Assembly (NCBI GenBank): GCA_963843845.1
Contig: CAWJMB010000002.1
Span: 1,248,001 to 1,312,000 of the forward strand
Origin: an uncultured Gemmatimonadaceae bacterium
GTDB taxonomy: Bacteria > Gemmatimonadota > Gemmatimonadetes > Gemmatimonadales > Gemmatimonadaceae
Direction of reading: 5' to 3'
Length of the DNA: 64,000 nt
The notes below the pieces were generated by a model. That model had not been told where the DNA came from, made no database searches, and worked only from the letters and a program-made list of their open reading frames with translations. Numbering within the stretch: the stretch's first letter is position 1; the number at the start of each line of letters is the position of its first letter. The position numbers were made by a program, and so were the translations under genes. Shown here piece after piece: positions 19,962 through 31,554 of this stretch.

Positions 19962-21125
19962 CTATTCGGGAAAGGGGAGCGCGTAGAGAACCGCTCGCCG
20001 GTCGAGCGGGGCGGCCTCGCCTTCCCCCGAGCGCACGACGAGCGTCGTGCCCGGCTCCACCTCGCGCCGCACCATTCCGAGCGCGATGCCGCCGAGCCGT
20101 GGTGAGACGGCCACGCTGCGGACGTCGCCGACGTCGCGCCCCGTCTCGTCGAGGAGGCGCGACCCGATCTCGAGCGGGCCGCCCTCCGCCTCGTACGCGA
20201 GTCCACGTAGATGGCGGTTCACGTGTCCGCGGAAGTGCACCCGCGCGACGACCTCCTGCCCCGTGTAGCACCCTTTCGTGTACGAGATCGCGTGCAGCTC
20301 GTCGAAGTTCGCCTCCTGCGGGATCGTCGTCTCGTCGATGTCGACACCCCACGTGGGACGGCCGCTCTCGATGCGCGCGGTGTCGTAGGCGCGCTGCCCC
20401 CCCGGCACCGCGACGCCGGCGCGATGAAGGCGAGACCACGCAGCCGCGTGGCCGTCGCCACCGGCGTACACCACGAAGCCGTCGACCCCGAGGTCCGGTA
20501 TCCGCGTGACGACGAGCGCGTCGCCGGCCGTCTCGACGGTGGCGTGGCCGTACGGGGGGAGGGCTGCGAACGCCGACGGAGCGAGCGCGAACGACTCGGC
20601 CAACGCGTCTCGCGCCCGTGGGCCGTAGACGCCGAACGCGGCCACGCGGTCGGTGACGCGCCGGTAGGCGGCGAGGCGCGGGTTCACGTACTTGCGCACG
20701 ACGTCGCCCCATCCGGCCGAGGCCGCAGCTGGCACATCGACCAGCAGCGCGGCCCCGGTCGGCCAGTCGCTCGGCGCGGGGGGCGTGGCGGAGACGGCGG
20801 CCAGCGTGGGGCGCTTCATCGTCGGCGGACTGTCGGGAGCGATCGACGCGTCTGCGAGCGCGAGGATGCGCAGGTCGGTGACGATGCGCCCCTTCGGCGT
20901 GAGCGCTGCTGCGTAGAGGCCGTGGCCGGGCGTCAGCGCGAGCACGTCGTTCGTGACGAGGCCGGTCAGCGTCTCGCGCGCCGTCGCTCCCTGAAACAGC
21001 CACAGCTCGCGGTCGCCGTGATCGACGAGCAGCGCGCCGCTGCGGATCGCCTCGTACTCGGCGGCCGGGTCGCCGTAATCGAGCACGATCGGGCGCCCGG
21101 AATCGGCAGGTGGCGAGAGTGTCAT
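19962..21125 (-). CDS. ygfZ: YgfZ/GcvT family folate-binding protein
   Basis: GLVTNDV, LTPKGRI, ARIESGRP, ISYTKGCYTGQEVVAR signature. Confidence 0.9.
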   Translation of the reverse strand: MTLSPPADSGRPIVLDYGDPAAEYEAIRSGALLVDHGDRELWLFQGATARETLTGLVTNDVLALTPGHGLYAAALTPKGRIVTDLRILALADASIAPDSPPTMKRPTLAAVSATPPAPSDWPTGAALLVDVPAAASAGWGDVVRKYVNPRLAAYRRVTDRVAAFGVYGPRARDALAESFALAPSAFAALPPYGHATVETAGDALVVTRIPDLGVDGFVVYAGGDGHAAAWSRLHRAGVAVPGGQRAYDTARIESGRPTWGVDIDETTIPQEANFDELHAISYTKGCYTGQEVVARVHFRGHVNRHLRGLAYEAEGGPLEIGSRLLDETGRDVGDVRSVAVSPRLGGIALGMVRREVEPGTTLVVRSGEGEAAPLDRRAVLYALPFPE

Positions 21126-21790
21126 CGGGAGTCGGTCAAGAGGTCGGCGAGCGCATCGTAAGAGAGCGCCGCCACGCTCGCTACCCGCAACGCGACGACG
21201 CCGGCCGCGCGCGCCGCGTCGACGGCCGTCGCCGAGTCTTCGAGCGCGATGACGCGGCGGCGCTCGAGCGGGCGATGCATCCGTGCGAGGTGCACGAGCG
21301 CCTGCTCATGCCACGACGGCGAGTCTTTCTCGGCGTCACCGATCACGACCGCGACGACGTCGTCGAGCGAGGCGCGTGCGAGAATGTGTGACGCCGTGCG
21401 TGGTGGCAGGCGCGTCACGGCCGCCAGACGAACACGCGCGCCGAGCGCGGCGAGCGCGTCGCGCGTGCCGGGAACGAGCGTGAGTGGTCCGCTCAGCGCG
21501 TCGTCGAGCGCGCGCTCGGCGCGCAGCGCGGTGAGCTCGACGTCCGTCGCGTCGAGCGCGAGCAGCTGTCCGGCGAGCCGTGCGGCGGCGGCCGACGTGT
21601 GTCGGTCGGCAGCGCGGGCGATGGCGGCCGTGGGGAGCGATGCGCCGACGACGGCGAGCGCGTCGGCGAGCGCCCGCGGCGCGGCATCGGCGCGTCTCGA
21701 CGAGCACGCCCTCGATCTCGAGCGAGCAGTGCGTGGGGGATCGTGCGATCGATGCAGCGCGGTGGGCACGAACGAGCGACGCTCCACGCC
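21122..21790 (-). CDS. HAD-like hydrolase (N-terminus frameshifted, start uncertain)
   Basis: LEIEGVLVETR in one frame; VPGTRDALAAL and IALEDSATAVDAARAAG in another. Confidence 0.55.
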   Translation of the reverse strand, partial: GVERRSFVPTALHRSHDPPRTARSRSRACSSRRADAAPRALADALAVVGASLPTAAIARAADRHTSAAAARLAGQLLALDATDVELTALRAERALDDALSGPLTLVPGTRDALAALGARVRLAAVTRLPPRTASHILARASLDDVVAVVIGDAEKDSPSWHEQALVHLARMHRPLERRRVIALEDSATAVDAARAAGVVALRVASVAALSYDALADLLTDSR

Positions 21791-21865
21791 CGCGCGGGCA
21801 CGAAGGCCGGCGAGCGTGGAGCGTCGAGGTGTCGACGAAGCGCGCGCGTCGAGCGCCGGCGCCGA

Positions 21866-22936
21866 TCAGGGCGCGCCGTTCTGAAGCTCGATGAGCACGC
21901 GGCGGTTCGTCGCGCGGCCTTCGGGGTTCGTGTTCGACGCGACCGGGTTCGTCTCGCCGGCCGAGCGCTGCGTCAGGACGCGCCGGCGCCGATCGCCCTT
22001 CGACGCGAGGTACTCGGCGACCGCCTTCGCGCGGCGCTCGCCGAGGCGCGTAGTTGTAGCTCTCGCCGCCGATCGCGTCCGTGTTGCCGGTGACGATGAG
22101 CTGAGGTTCGCCGCTTCCGGACGGCGCAGCGACGCCGAGACGTCGTCGAGGATGCGGCGAGCGTCGCTGCTCAGGTCGGACTTGTCGAAGTCGAAGTTCA
22201 CGGCGCCGATGACGACGGTGCCGCCGCGGCACCATGCCGGACGCCCGACGTCGCCTCGGACATGCGCTCACGGAAGACCGTGTCGGACTGCACGCGCGTC
22301 TGCGTGACGCGGACGGTGTCGTAGCGCGTGACGACCGTCGGGACCGGCGCCGAGTTGCGGAACAGTCCGCTCAGCCCGACCTGGATGTTCGGCGTGAAGG
22401 CCGCCTCGCGCGGATACGGGTTGGCCTTGCTTGTCCTCGAACGATGTAGTAGCCGTTCGCCTCGACAGCGCGCCGTGATGCGGTTCGTGATGTAGTAGCG
22501 CAGGCCGAGGAGCCCGCTCGACGCCCTGACCACGCGGCGCGACGCAGGCGAAGGCGGCCGAAGCCGTCGTACACGTAGCCGGCGCCGATCAGGAAGCTCG
22601 TGCGGCCGGTCTCGCGCTCGTGCGTGTTGTAGAGCAGGCGCGCCTGCCAGAGCAGTGTGCGACACGTCCGTGCAGCGAGTCGGGGATCCGGCCGCGAGCG
22701 CTTCGTGTCCGAGACGCCGAACGACGCCTCACCCTCGACCGAGACGTTGCGGAAGATGTAGTAGCCCGATGCGACCGCCGCCGCGCGAAGACGTTCTCGA
22801 CGTTCAGCGAGTCGGGCTGGATCGTGTAGCGCCCGAGCGCGCCGATCTCGATGGCGCTCTGCCGCTGCGCGAACGCAGCGGCAGGCAGCATGACGGACAG
22901 CGCAGCCAACGCGGCGACGACAGGACGTGTTCTCAT
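21866..22936 (-). CDS. OmpA family outer membrane protein (multiple frameshifts)
   Basis: signal peptide MRTRPVVAALAALSVMLPAAAFAQ; beta-strand-like segments; NFDFDKSDL, TGNTDAIG, GERRAKAVAEYL, GETNPVASN...GRATNRRV. Confidence 0.8.
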
Positions 22937-23072
22937 GTTGCCTTCCGAAATGTGGTCCGTACTGCGATGAGCGACTGACGGGACCGCGCCGATGCAACAG
23001 TCGTGCGCGGCGGCATGAGCGCGCCGCCCTCGCGTACCACGCCTGCCGGTACGCACCGGCGAGCGCGCCTGT

Positions 23073-23101
23073 ATTCTCGAGCGATCCGGGCCTCAATGCA
23101 A
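23073..23101 (-). promoter_or_regulatory. candidate sigma70 promoter for the OmpA-family gene
   Basis: minus strand TTGCAT-N17-GAGAAT. Confidence 0.35.
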
Positions 23102-23169
23102 GCGGCTTCACGGGTTTGCGCAGGCTTTTCCTCGCGTTTTCCCCGTTCCTCGCGGAGGCTACCGTGCGT

Positions 23170-24550
23170 CTACGGTACGTGTTCGCTCGCGTACGCCGCG
23201 TCGAGCAGCTCGACAGGATGCACGACGCGCGCGGACGCTGCCGGCCCGCCGCAGTCCGGCGCCGAGCTGCATGAGGCAGCCGGGATTGCCGGTCGCGACG
23301 AGCTCGGCGCGCGTGTCGGCGATGCGGCGCAGCTTCGGCGCGAGCACCGCGTCCGACGTGGCGGGCTCGATCAGGTTGTAGATGCCGGCGCTGCCGCAGC
23401 ACTGATCGCTGTCGACGAGCGGAACGCGGTCGAGATGCCGCGCACGGCGGCGAGCACCTGGAGCGGCGGGTTCGCCACACGCTGCGCGTGCAGCAGGTGG
23501 CACGGCGCGTCGTAGGTCACGCGCGGGAAGTCGGCCGCCCCAGGCACGTCGTCCCATCGCGGTACAGCCGCACCGCGCCGTCGCTCGGGCGCGGGCCGGC
23601 CGCGGCGAGCAGCTCGCTGACGTCGCGGACGCGACGCCGCGACGCGCTCGGCGCGCGCTCGCCCACGCGGGGTCGTCGGCGAGCAGGTCGCCGTACTCCT
23701 TCATCATCGCGCCGCACCCGGCCGCGTTCACCGCCAGGTAGGCGTCGGCGTCGCGGGCGAGCGTCGCTCGAAGGCCGCGACGTTCGCGCGGGCGAGCGCG
23801 CGCGCCGTCTCGAGGTCGCCCGCGTGCGCGTGGAGCGCGCCGCAGCATCGCTGACCGGGCGTGCGCACCGGTGCATAGCCGTTCGCCGCGAGCACGCGCG
23901 TCGTCGCGTCGTTCGCGTGGCGCGAACAGCCCCCGCATCACGCACCCCTCGAGCAGCGTGGCCGTGCCGCGCGATGGCTCGCTCGCCCTCGTCCGATCGC
24001 CCGAGCGTCGCCTCGCGCTCGATCGCCGCGACGCAGCGGCGATCGTGTGGACGCGAGCATCGCGAACGCGAAGCCCGAGCCGGCCTGGCGCGACGCGGGC
24101 GAGGAGCGACGCGCAGCCGGTCGCCCGCGCGACGCGCGCCGAACGCAGCGCGGCGACGAGCAGCGGCGTCTGCGCGAACACGGCAAGGATCAATCGCGCG
24201 ACGAGCGGCGGCGGGCGCGTCGCGTTGAGCGTCGCGCGCGTCGCCTCGAGCAGATGCCCGTAGGGCACACCCGACGGGCACGCGGTCTCGCACCCGCGAC
24301 AGCCCAGGCAGCGGTCGATGTGCGTGCGCACGTCGGCGTCGTCGCGGGCGAGCGTCCCCTCGAGGAGCGCGCGCATGAGCAGGATGCGGCCGCGCGGGCT
24401 GTCGTTCTCGTCCTCGAGGTTACGTACGTCGGGCACGCCTGGAGGCAGAAGCCGCAGTGCACGCAGGCGTCGATGCCCGGCTTGCGCTGCGGCGAGCGGC
24501 GTGTCGGGCGAGCGCACACGCGGCAGCTCGGCTGCGGGTGGGCACGACAG
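23170..24550 (-). CDS. glcF: glycolate oxidase iron-sulfur subunit (frameshifted; start approximate)
   Basis: CVHCGFCLQACPTY, ENDSPRGRI, CLGCRGCETACPSGVPYG, NAAGCGAMMKEY, CCGSAGIYN, TGNPGCLMQ. Confidence 0.85.
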
Positions 24551-25739
24551 CGATGATGCCGGGGTTCAGGATGCCGCGCGGGTCGAACGCGCGTCGCACG
24601 CCTGCCGTGAGGCGGTCGCGGCGCACGCGCGGCGCGAGGTGCCCGCCATGCTCGCGCCATACCGCCGCCGGCAGTCGCTCGACGACGATCGTCGGGCGCG
24701 GCGTCGGCGTCGAATCGCGGCAGACCGAAGCCCGGTGGCGCCGGGGAGCATGACCCGCACGACGCCGCGCGCGACGGTCGCGTGGGCGAGCATCCCGAAC
24801 GCCGCCGCGGCGGGCGAGCACGAGCTGTGCGACACAGCGCCGCGAGCCGCGACGGCCGCGCCGAGACGCGGACGCACCGAGGCGACCGGCGGCTCGACGT
24901 CGCGCGAGCGCGCGTCCACACCGCCTCCGACACGTCGGCGACGTCGCCGAGCGCGGCGAGGGCGTCGCGACCGGCGCGCACGGCCGCCTCGTTGCCCGCG
25001 AGGCGCGCGAGCAGGAACAGCGCGCCGGACGAGCCCGAGCCGCTCGGCCAGCGGCGCGTTCACCAGCTCGAGCGCCCACGCGGCGAGCGGCAGCGCGCGC
25101 AGCTCTCTCGAGGAACTGCGGCGAGCGCGGCGGCGCCGGGAGCGCGACGGCGACGGTCGCGTCGACGTCCGGCGAGCGGGCGAAGTCGCACGCTGACCTC
25201 GGTGATCGCGCCGAGCGTGCCCCAGGCGCCGGTCACGAGGCGCGCGAGATCGAACCCGGCGACGTTCTTCACGACCCGGCCGCCGGCGCGCACCGCAGGT
25301 GCCCGTGCCGTCGACGAACGTGACGCCGATCACGTTGTCGCGCGGCGTGCCGAACGCGTGCGCGAGCGGGCCGGCCGACGCCGTGGCGACCGTCGCGCCG
25401 AGCGTCCCGGCGTCGCCGCCGAACGGATCGAGCGCGAGCAGTCTGTCGCTCGGCCGCCGTGAGCGCGCGCGATGTCGGCGAGCGGCGTCGCGGCGCGCGC
25501 GGTGAGCGTGAGGTCGCCCGGCGTCGTAGTCGACGATCGCCGCGCAGCGCGGCGAGCGAGAGCGTCGCGTCCGCGTCGACCGGGCGGCCGGCGTCGAGCC
25601 AGGTGCCGCCGGCGGCCAGGCGGAGGCGGTGCGAGCGCGGCGGCGTCGCGCACGCGTCGGCGACGTCGGCCGCATCGCGAGGGCGAGCGGGCCGGACGGC
25701 GCCGCGCCGATCGCGTCGTCAGGCGCTGTGGACGCTCAT
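24550..25739 (-). CDS. glcE: glycolate oxidase FAD-binding subunit (frameshifted; end approximate)
   Basis: [62 protein letters not shown]. Confidence 0.8.
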
Positions 25740-27204
25740 GGACGCAGCGCCGGCGCGGCGCGCCACTCGCGGCACGCGTGCGATCGGCACGACCTTGCCC
25801 GGGTTCGCGCGGCGCGTCGGGGTCGAACACGTCGCGCAGCCGGCACATGGCGCCGCAGCGACGCGTCGTCGAAGACGCGGCTCCATGTAGCGCTGCTTGT
25901 CGAGCCCCACGCCGTGCTCGCCGGTGATCGTGCCGCCGGCGTCGATGCACGCCTGCATGATCGCCGACATCGCGGCGTGCACGCGCGCGGCCTCGTCGGC
26001 GTCGTGCGCGTCGTACGGGATCGTCGGGTGCAGGTTGCCGTCGCCGGCGTGGAAGAAGTTCGCGACGTCACGCGGTGCGCGGCGCCGATCGCCTGCGATG
26101 CGCGCGAGCACGTCGGCGAGCCGCGTGCGCGGCACGACGGCATCCTGCAGCACGAGGTGCGGCGCGAGGCGCCCCATCGCGCCGAACGCCTTCTTGCGTC
26201 CCTGCCAGAGGCGCGCGCGGTCGGCCGGATCGGCGGCGGTGCGGACGTCGCGGGCGCCCTCCGCCGCGACAGAGCGCCGCGACGCGCGACGCGTCGTCGT
26301 CGATGCCGGCGAGCGAGCCCGTCGAGCTCGCAGAGCAGCACGGCGGCCGCATCCTGCGGGTAGCCGGCGGCGTAGATCGACGCCTCGACGGCGCGGATCG
26401 CCGGGCCGTCCATGACCTCGAGCGCGGCCGGCGTGAGTCCCGATGCGATGATCGCCGACGCGGCGCGCGCGGCCCCGTCGAGCGACGTGAAGTCGGCGAG
26501 CAGCGTGCGCACCGCCTGCGGGTCGGGCGTCAGCCGCACCGTGACGTCGAGCGCGATGCCGAAGCATCCCTCGCTGCCGACGAACGCGCCGAGCAGGTCG
26601 TAGCCCGCCGTCTCGCCGTCGACGGTGCCTAACGCGACGATCTCGCCGTCGGGGAGGACGACGGTCGCCGCGAGCACGTGGTTCAGCGTCACGCCGTGCT
26701 TGAGGCAGTGCGGCCCGCCGGCGTTCTCGGCGACGTTGCCGCCGATCGTGCACGCGGTCTGGCTCGACGGGTCGGGCGCGTAGTGCAGGCGCGAACGGCG
26801 CCGTCGCGCGCGTCAGCGTCGTGTTCACGACGCCCGGCTCGACGACCGCGTAGCGATCGGCCGTGTCGATCGCGATGATGCGCGTGAGGCGGTTGAGCCC
26901 GACGATCACGCTGCCGTCGGCGAGCGCGCCGCCGGAGAGCCCGGTGCCGGCGCCGCGCGCGACGAACGGCGCACGTGCCTCGGCGAGCGCGCGGACGACG
27001 GCGATCGACCTCGTCGCGCGTGCCGGGGAGGACGGCGAGCGCCGGCTGACGGTGGTAGCCCGGCAGCGCGTCCGAGTCGTAGACGCGGAGCTCGCTCGGC
27101 CGACGCAGCACGAACCGCGACCCGACGATCGCGGCGAGCCGCTCGGCGAGCGCGCCGACACGCTCCGGCGACAGCGCGGCGACCGGCGACGAACCGTCAG
27201 GCAC
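25736..27204 (-). CDS. glcD: glycolate oxidase FAD-linked subunit (frameshifted)
   Basis: [54 protein letters not shown]. Confidence 0.85.
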
Positions 27205-27881
27205 TCAGGCGACGTCGTGGTGGCGGCCGTGGCCGTTCGACTTCGCGCCGCGGTGCACCGCGGCGCGCGCTTCGACGTCGGACGTCGCGGCGCGGAGGAG
27301 GGCGTCGACCGCGAGGAGCCGCTGCAGCGGCGAGCGCGAGGCGAGCAGCGCCTGCTGCTCGTCGTGCGCGAAGTCGACGAGCGATGCGATCCGGAACGCG
27401 AGCATCGCGGGGTCGTCGGGAAGCTCGGGGACGCCGGTGCCGGCTCGTCGGCGATCTCGCGGGCCGCGCGAGCGACCCGCGCGAACGCGGCTCGCGCCCG
27501 CTCGGCGGCGGCCGCCACGTCGACCCCGTCCCCGGCCTCGCCGCCGGTCACGTCGTCGTACCGCTCGACGAGCGCGACGTGGTACGGCGTCGACGCGTCG
27601 ATCTCGTGGTCGATCGCGAACCGCTCGGTTCCCTCGACGAGAATGTTCGCGCGGCCGTCGTGGAGCACCTGCACGTCGCGCAGCGCGGCGACGCAGCCGA
27701 CGCGGCCGGCGGACAGCGTCCGCTCCGGGTCGTCGGAGGCGAGGACGATGCCGAAGCGTCCGTCCGCGGCGCGGCAGTCGGCGAGCAGCGCGCGGTAGCG
27801 CGGCTCGAAGACGTGCAGCGGGAGCGTCGCACCGGGGAAGAGCACGAGCGCGAGCGGAAAGAGGGGAAGCGGTCGCGACAC
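27205..27881 (-). CDS. LON peptidase substrate-binding (N-terminal) domain protein (frameshift near 27430)
   Basis: LPLFPLALVLFPGATLPLHVFEPRYRAL; EQQALLASRSPLQRL. Confidence 0.85.
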
Positions 27882-27913
27882 GACGAGTGGCTACCTCGGG
27901 CGAGCGCCGCTCG

Positions 27914-28330
27914 TCACGGGTCGACGAGCTGTGAGACGAACGCGCGCAGCTCGGCGAACTCGAACGGCTTGCTCAACACCGGACGACCCGACCGCTCGAG
28001 AAACGAGGCGGCGTCGGGCGACACGGCGTCGCCGGTCGAGAAGATGAGGCGCGCGAGGAGGGCAGGGCGCAGGGCCGCGAGGCGCTCGAACAGCTCCATG
28101 CCGGAGAGCCCCGGCATCCGAAGGTCGGAGATCACGACGTCGTAGGGCGACGTCGCGGCGTCGTCGTCGTGCAGCAGCATGGCGAGCGCATCGCGGCCGT
28201 CCTCGGCCTCGTCGACCGTCCAGCCCTGACGTTGGAAGAAGCGGCGGAGGGCGACACGAATGACGGGTTCGTCATCGATGATCAGTGCGCGGCGTGCGGC
28301 GGCAACGGCGGTCGGCAGCGAGTCGGACAT
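27914..28330 (-). CDS. single-domain response regulator
   Basis: ALIIDDEPVIR, VVISDLRMPGLSG, FSTGD, LSKPF. Confidence 0.88.
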   Translation of the reverse strand: MSDSLPTAVAAARRALIIDDEPVIRVALRRFFQRQGWTVDEAEDGRDALAMLLHDDDAATSPYDVVISDLRMPGLSGMELFERLAALRPALLARLIFSTGDAVSPDAASFLERSGRPVLSKPFEFAELRAFVSQLVDP

Positions 28331-28452
28331 CACGCGCGGAGAATGCCTGCTTCCCCGCATGCGCGGCAAGTGAGCGGGCGTGCGCGGTCGATGCACGAAG
28401 GGCGCGGCACCGAGCGCCACGCCCTTCGCACCCGCTGCCGAACGTCGCGCGG

Positions 28453-29343
28453 CTACGCCACGTTCCAGTACCCGGCGAGTGCCGTGCCTTCGGGTGACTC
28501 GCGCAGCTTCTCGAACGCCCGCTCGCGAATCTGCCGGATGCGCTCGCGCGTGACGCCGAGCAGCTCGCCGATGCGCTCGAGCGTCATCGCCTCGCTCTGC
28601 TCGTCGAGACCGTAGTACAGGTAGAGGATCTTTCGCTCGCGCGGGGTGAGGTGATCGCGCAGCGCTCGCTCGATGTGCTCGCGCATGAGCTTGGTGTCCG
28701 TGGTCTCCTCGATGTCGTCGTCGTGCGACACGAAGCGCTCGCCGTAGGTGCTGGCGTCGCGGTCGCACTTGTCGACCGGCGCGTCGAGGGAGACTTCCGA
28801 CGTCGTGAGCTGGCGTGCCGAGCGAACGTCGTCGGCGCTCTCCTCGAGCATCTTCGCGAGCTCTTCGTCGGTCGGGTCGCGCTTGAGGACCTGCGAGAGG
28901 ACCGTCTCGGCGCGCCCCATCCGGATGAGCGCGGAGTTCTGGTTGAGCGGGATGCGCACGGAGCGCGTCTGCTCGGCGAGCGCCTTCAGGACGGCCTGGC
29001 GGACCCACCACACGGCGTACGAGATGAACTTGACGCCCTGATCAGGATCGAACTTCTTGACCGCCTTGAGGAGCCCTTCGTTGCCGATGGCGACGAGCTC
29101 GGAGAGGTCGAGGCCGTGCCCCTGGTACTTCTTCACGTATGAGATGACGAAGCGCAGATTCGCCGTGACCAGCCGCTCCGCGGCCTGTTGGTCACCCTGC
29201 TGGGCCCGGCGGGCGAGTCGACGCTCTTCTTCCGCGTCGGTGATGAGAGGGAGACGCTGGATGTCGTGCAGGTACTGATCGAACGCGGTGGAGGGGGACG
29301 AGCGGAAGTAGTTGCGGGTCCGTCCCTCGGACGCATGCTGCAT
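28453..29343 (-). CDS. RpoD/SigA-family sigma70 factor lacking region 1.1
   Basis: DQYLHDI, LVTANLRFVIS, FDPDQGVKFISYAVWWVRQA, MTLERIGELLGVTRERIRQI. Confidence 0.92.
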   Translation of the reverse strand: MQHASEGRTRNYFRSSPSTAFDQYLHDIQRLPLITDAEEERRLARRAQQGDQQAAERLVTANLRFVISYVKKYQGHGLDLSELVAIGNEGLLKAVKKFDPDQGVKFISYAVWWVRQAVLKALAEQTRSVRIPLNQNSALIRMGRAETVLSQVLKRDPTDEELAKMLEESADDVRSARQLTTSEVSLDAPVDKCDRDASTYGERFVSHDDDIEETTDTKLMREHIERALRDHLTPRERKILYLYYGLDEQSEAMTLERIGELLGVTRERIRQIRERAFEKLRESPEGTALAGYWNVA

Positions 29344-29423
29344 GGACGCTCCTCACCGGGTGGCGGAACGTTGTATGTGCCGGGCGGGAACTGCGTGCAC
29401 ACACAATTGGCTAGCGGGCGCCT

Positions 29424-29452
29424 ACGATAATGTCGGGTCACTGACCGGTCAA
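29424..29452 (-). promoter_or_regulatory. candidate sigma70 promoter of the sigma factor gene
   Basis: minus strand TTGACC-N17-TATCGT; overlapping short palindromes GGTCACTGACC and TGACCGGTCA. Confidence 0.5.
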
Positions 29453-29531
29453 CAGAAAATTTGCTCGCGAACACACGAATGGCTCAGGCTGGTACGCCTG
29501 AGCCATTCACCGGTCCCGCCAGCCGAGCGCT

Positions 29532-29711
29532 TTACGTCGGTGGGCGATCCTTCGCCCGGGTGTGGGTCGTCGCCGTCACGACACCGAGCCCGATCATGAC
29601 GATGACCCCCACGACGATCCACGTCGTCGGCACGTTGAGAAGAACCGCGCCGACGGCGAGGCCGACGATGACCAGCAGGTACCCTATGAGGTAGGTCCCG
29701 AACGCAGACAT
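29532..29711 (-). CDS. small two-helix membrane protein (59 aa)
   Basis: MSAFGTYLIGYLLVIVGLAVGAVLLNVPTTWIVVGVIVMIGLGVV; two hydrophobic helices. Confidence 0.7.
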   Translation of the reverse strand: MSAFGTYLIGYLLVIVGLAVGAVLLNVPTTWIVVGVIVMIGLGVVTATTHTRAKDRPPT

Positions 29712-29776
29712 GACTGACACTCCGGCGGCTGGTGAGGCGAACATGTAGGGCAAAGGCGGGGCCACGCCACCCGACA

Positions 29777-30448
29777 TCACGGACCGCCCGCCGCGACGAG
29801 GACCGCGACGCCGTCGCGCATGCCGAAGCGGCGCGCATCGGTGCAGTCCGGGGTCCAGATGTCGATGCGCGTTCCTCGGATCTTCTTCCCTGTGTCGTCG
29901 ACGAGGAACGTGCCGAGGTAGCGTCCGTCGACGCTGATCTCGACGTGGCGGGCGAGCGGGAAGATGCTCGGATCGGCGGCGACGATGCCGGGGCGCACCT
30001 CACGGCCGCGCCGCGTGAGCCCTCGGAGACAGTACGCCGAGAGCCGCACGGCGACCGGCTCGCCCGGGCGGGCGCGCGCCGCGAGGCCTTCGATGACGGA
30101 GAGGTGCGGTGTCAGGGCGCGCGGAAGCGTGAGCCGCGGCATGATGAGTGGCGAGGCGAATGCGCGAACGGCCGCGAAGGGGCGCGGCAGCGTGCGACGC
30201 GTTCGGTCGGGCGTGGTCGGTGCGCGCGGCGTCGGCGCAGACGGGGGGCGGACCGAGGGCGCTGGCAGTGGTGCCGGCGGCGCGGCGACAGGATGCCCCG
30301 ACAGGTCGATGAACGTGACGCTGGCCGTGGTCTCCCCCGCATCCCGTTCCGGCTCGTCCACGAACTCGCCGACGGCGACGATCCCCGCGACGACGCTCCA
30401 GGCCAGCGCCGCGGCGACCGTCGGCCGGCGGCGCGCGGACGGATTCAC
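29777..30448 (-). CDS. 3D domain-containing protein (MltA-like cell-wall protein)
   Basis: N-terminal TM, Pro-rich linker, SAYC...IVAADPSIFPL...DDTGKKIRGTRIDIW. Confidence 0.8.
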   Translation of the reverse strand: MNPSARRRPTVAAALAWSVVAGIVAVGEFVDEPERDAGETTASVTFIDLSGHPVAAPPAPLPAPSVRPPSAPTPRAPTTPDRTRRTLPRPFAAVRAFASPLIMPRLTLPRALTPHLSVIEGLAARARPGEPVAVRLSAYCLRGLTRRGREVRPGIVAADPSIFPLARHVEISVDGRYLGTFLVDDTGKKIRGTRIDIWTPDCTDARRFGMRDGVAVLVAAGGP

Positions 30449-31554
30449 GCGAGCAGCTCCAGCACGAGCGCATCGTCGAGCGGCACCGACCAGGTCCCGC
30501 CGGCTCCGACCATCGCGCCGACGCGAGTGGGCAGCGCGTACTCGACGACGCCGCCCCGCGCCTTCTTGTCGCCCCGCGTCGCCGCCACGACGTCGGCGGG
30601 GCGGAGCGCGGCGGGGCGCCGGGTCGGCAGGCCGGCCGCGGCGAGCGCATCACGGATGGCAGCGGCCGTCCCGGCGTCGGCCAGGCCGATTCGCTCGGCG
30701 CCCTCGGCTTCGAGTGCCATGCCGATCGCGACGGCCTCGCCGTGCAGCAGGGTGTATCCGCTCAGCGCCTCGATCGCGTGACCGAGCGTGTGGCCGAAAT
30801 TCAACGTCCGTCGCACCCCGTGCTCGCGCTCGTCGGCGGCCACGATGCGCGCCTTGATCGCGACGCTCGCGGCGACGAGCCGCGTCAGCCGTGCGAGGGT
30901 GTCGCCGGCCCACTGGTCGACGGGTCGCGCCACCGTCGCGAAGGCGTCGACCGCCTCGCCGAAGTATGTCGCGTCGGTGATGACGCCGTGCTTCACCACC
31001 TCGGCGAGGCCGGCGCGGAGGTGGCGCGTGGGGAGCGTCCGGAGCACCTCGGGGTCGATGATGACCGCGGCCGGCGGATGGAACGCGCCGACGAGGTTCT
31101 TCCCGGCCGCGGTATCGACCGCCGTCTTGCCGCCGACCGACGCGTCGACCATCGCGAGCAGCGTCGTCGGCAGCTGCACGACCGGCACGCCGCGCATGTA
31201 CGTGGCCGCGACGAAGCCGGCGAGGTCCCCGACGACGCCGCCCCCGACGGCGACGACGGTCGTGTCGCGCCCGCAGCCGCTCGCCAGCATCGCGTCGGTC
31301 AGCCGGGACCAGCTGTCGCGCGTCTTGAACGACTCGCCCGGAGGAATGTCGAGCACCAGCGGGTTCGGCAACATGGCCGCCACACGATGCGCGTGCAGGG
31401 GCACGACGGTCGTGTCGCTGATCACGACCCAGCGATGCGCCGGCGCGACCGTCGCCGCGATGGCCGAGGCGTCTCCGATGGCGCCCGGCGCCACGTAGAC
31501 GGGGTAGGGAAGCGGCAGCTCGAGCGCGTCGCCCACCGTGCCAGCCGTCGTCAC
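30445..31554 (-). CDS. aroB: 3-dehydroquinate synthase
   Basis: PPGESFKT, GGGVVGDLAGFVAATYMRG, PTTLLAMVDASVGGKT, LNFGHTLGHAIE, LLHGEAVAIGM. Confidence 0.95.
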   Translation of the reverse strand: MTTAGTVGDALELPLPYPVYVAPGAIGDASAIAATVAPAHRWVVISDTTVVPLHAHRVAAMLPNPLVLDIPPGESFKTRDSWSRLTDAMLASGCGRDTTVVAVGGGVVGDLAGFVAATYMRGVPVVQLPTTLLAMVDASVGGKTAVDTAAGKNLVGAFHPPAAVIIDPEVLRTLPTRHLRAGLAEVVKHGVITDATYFGEAVDAFATVARPVDQWAGDTLARLTRLVAASVAIKARIVAADEREHGVRRTLNFGHTLGHAIEALSGYTLLHGEAVAIGMALEAEGAERIGLADAGTAAAIRDALAAAGLPTRRPAALRPADVVAATRGDKKARGGVVEYALPTRVGAMVGAGGTWSVPLDDALVLELLA

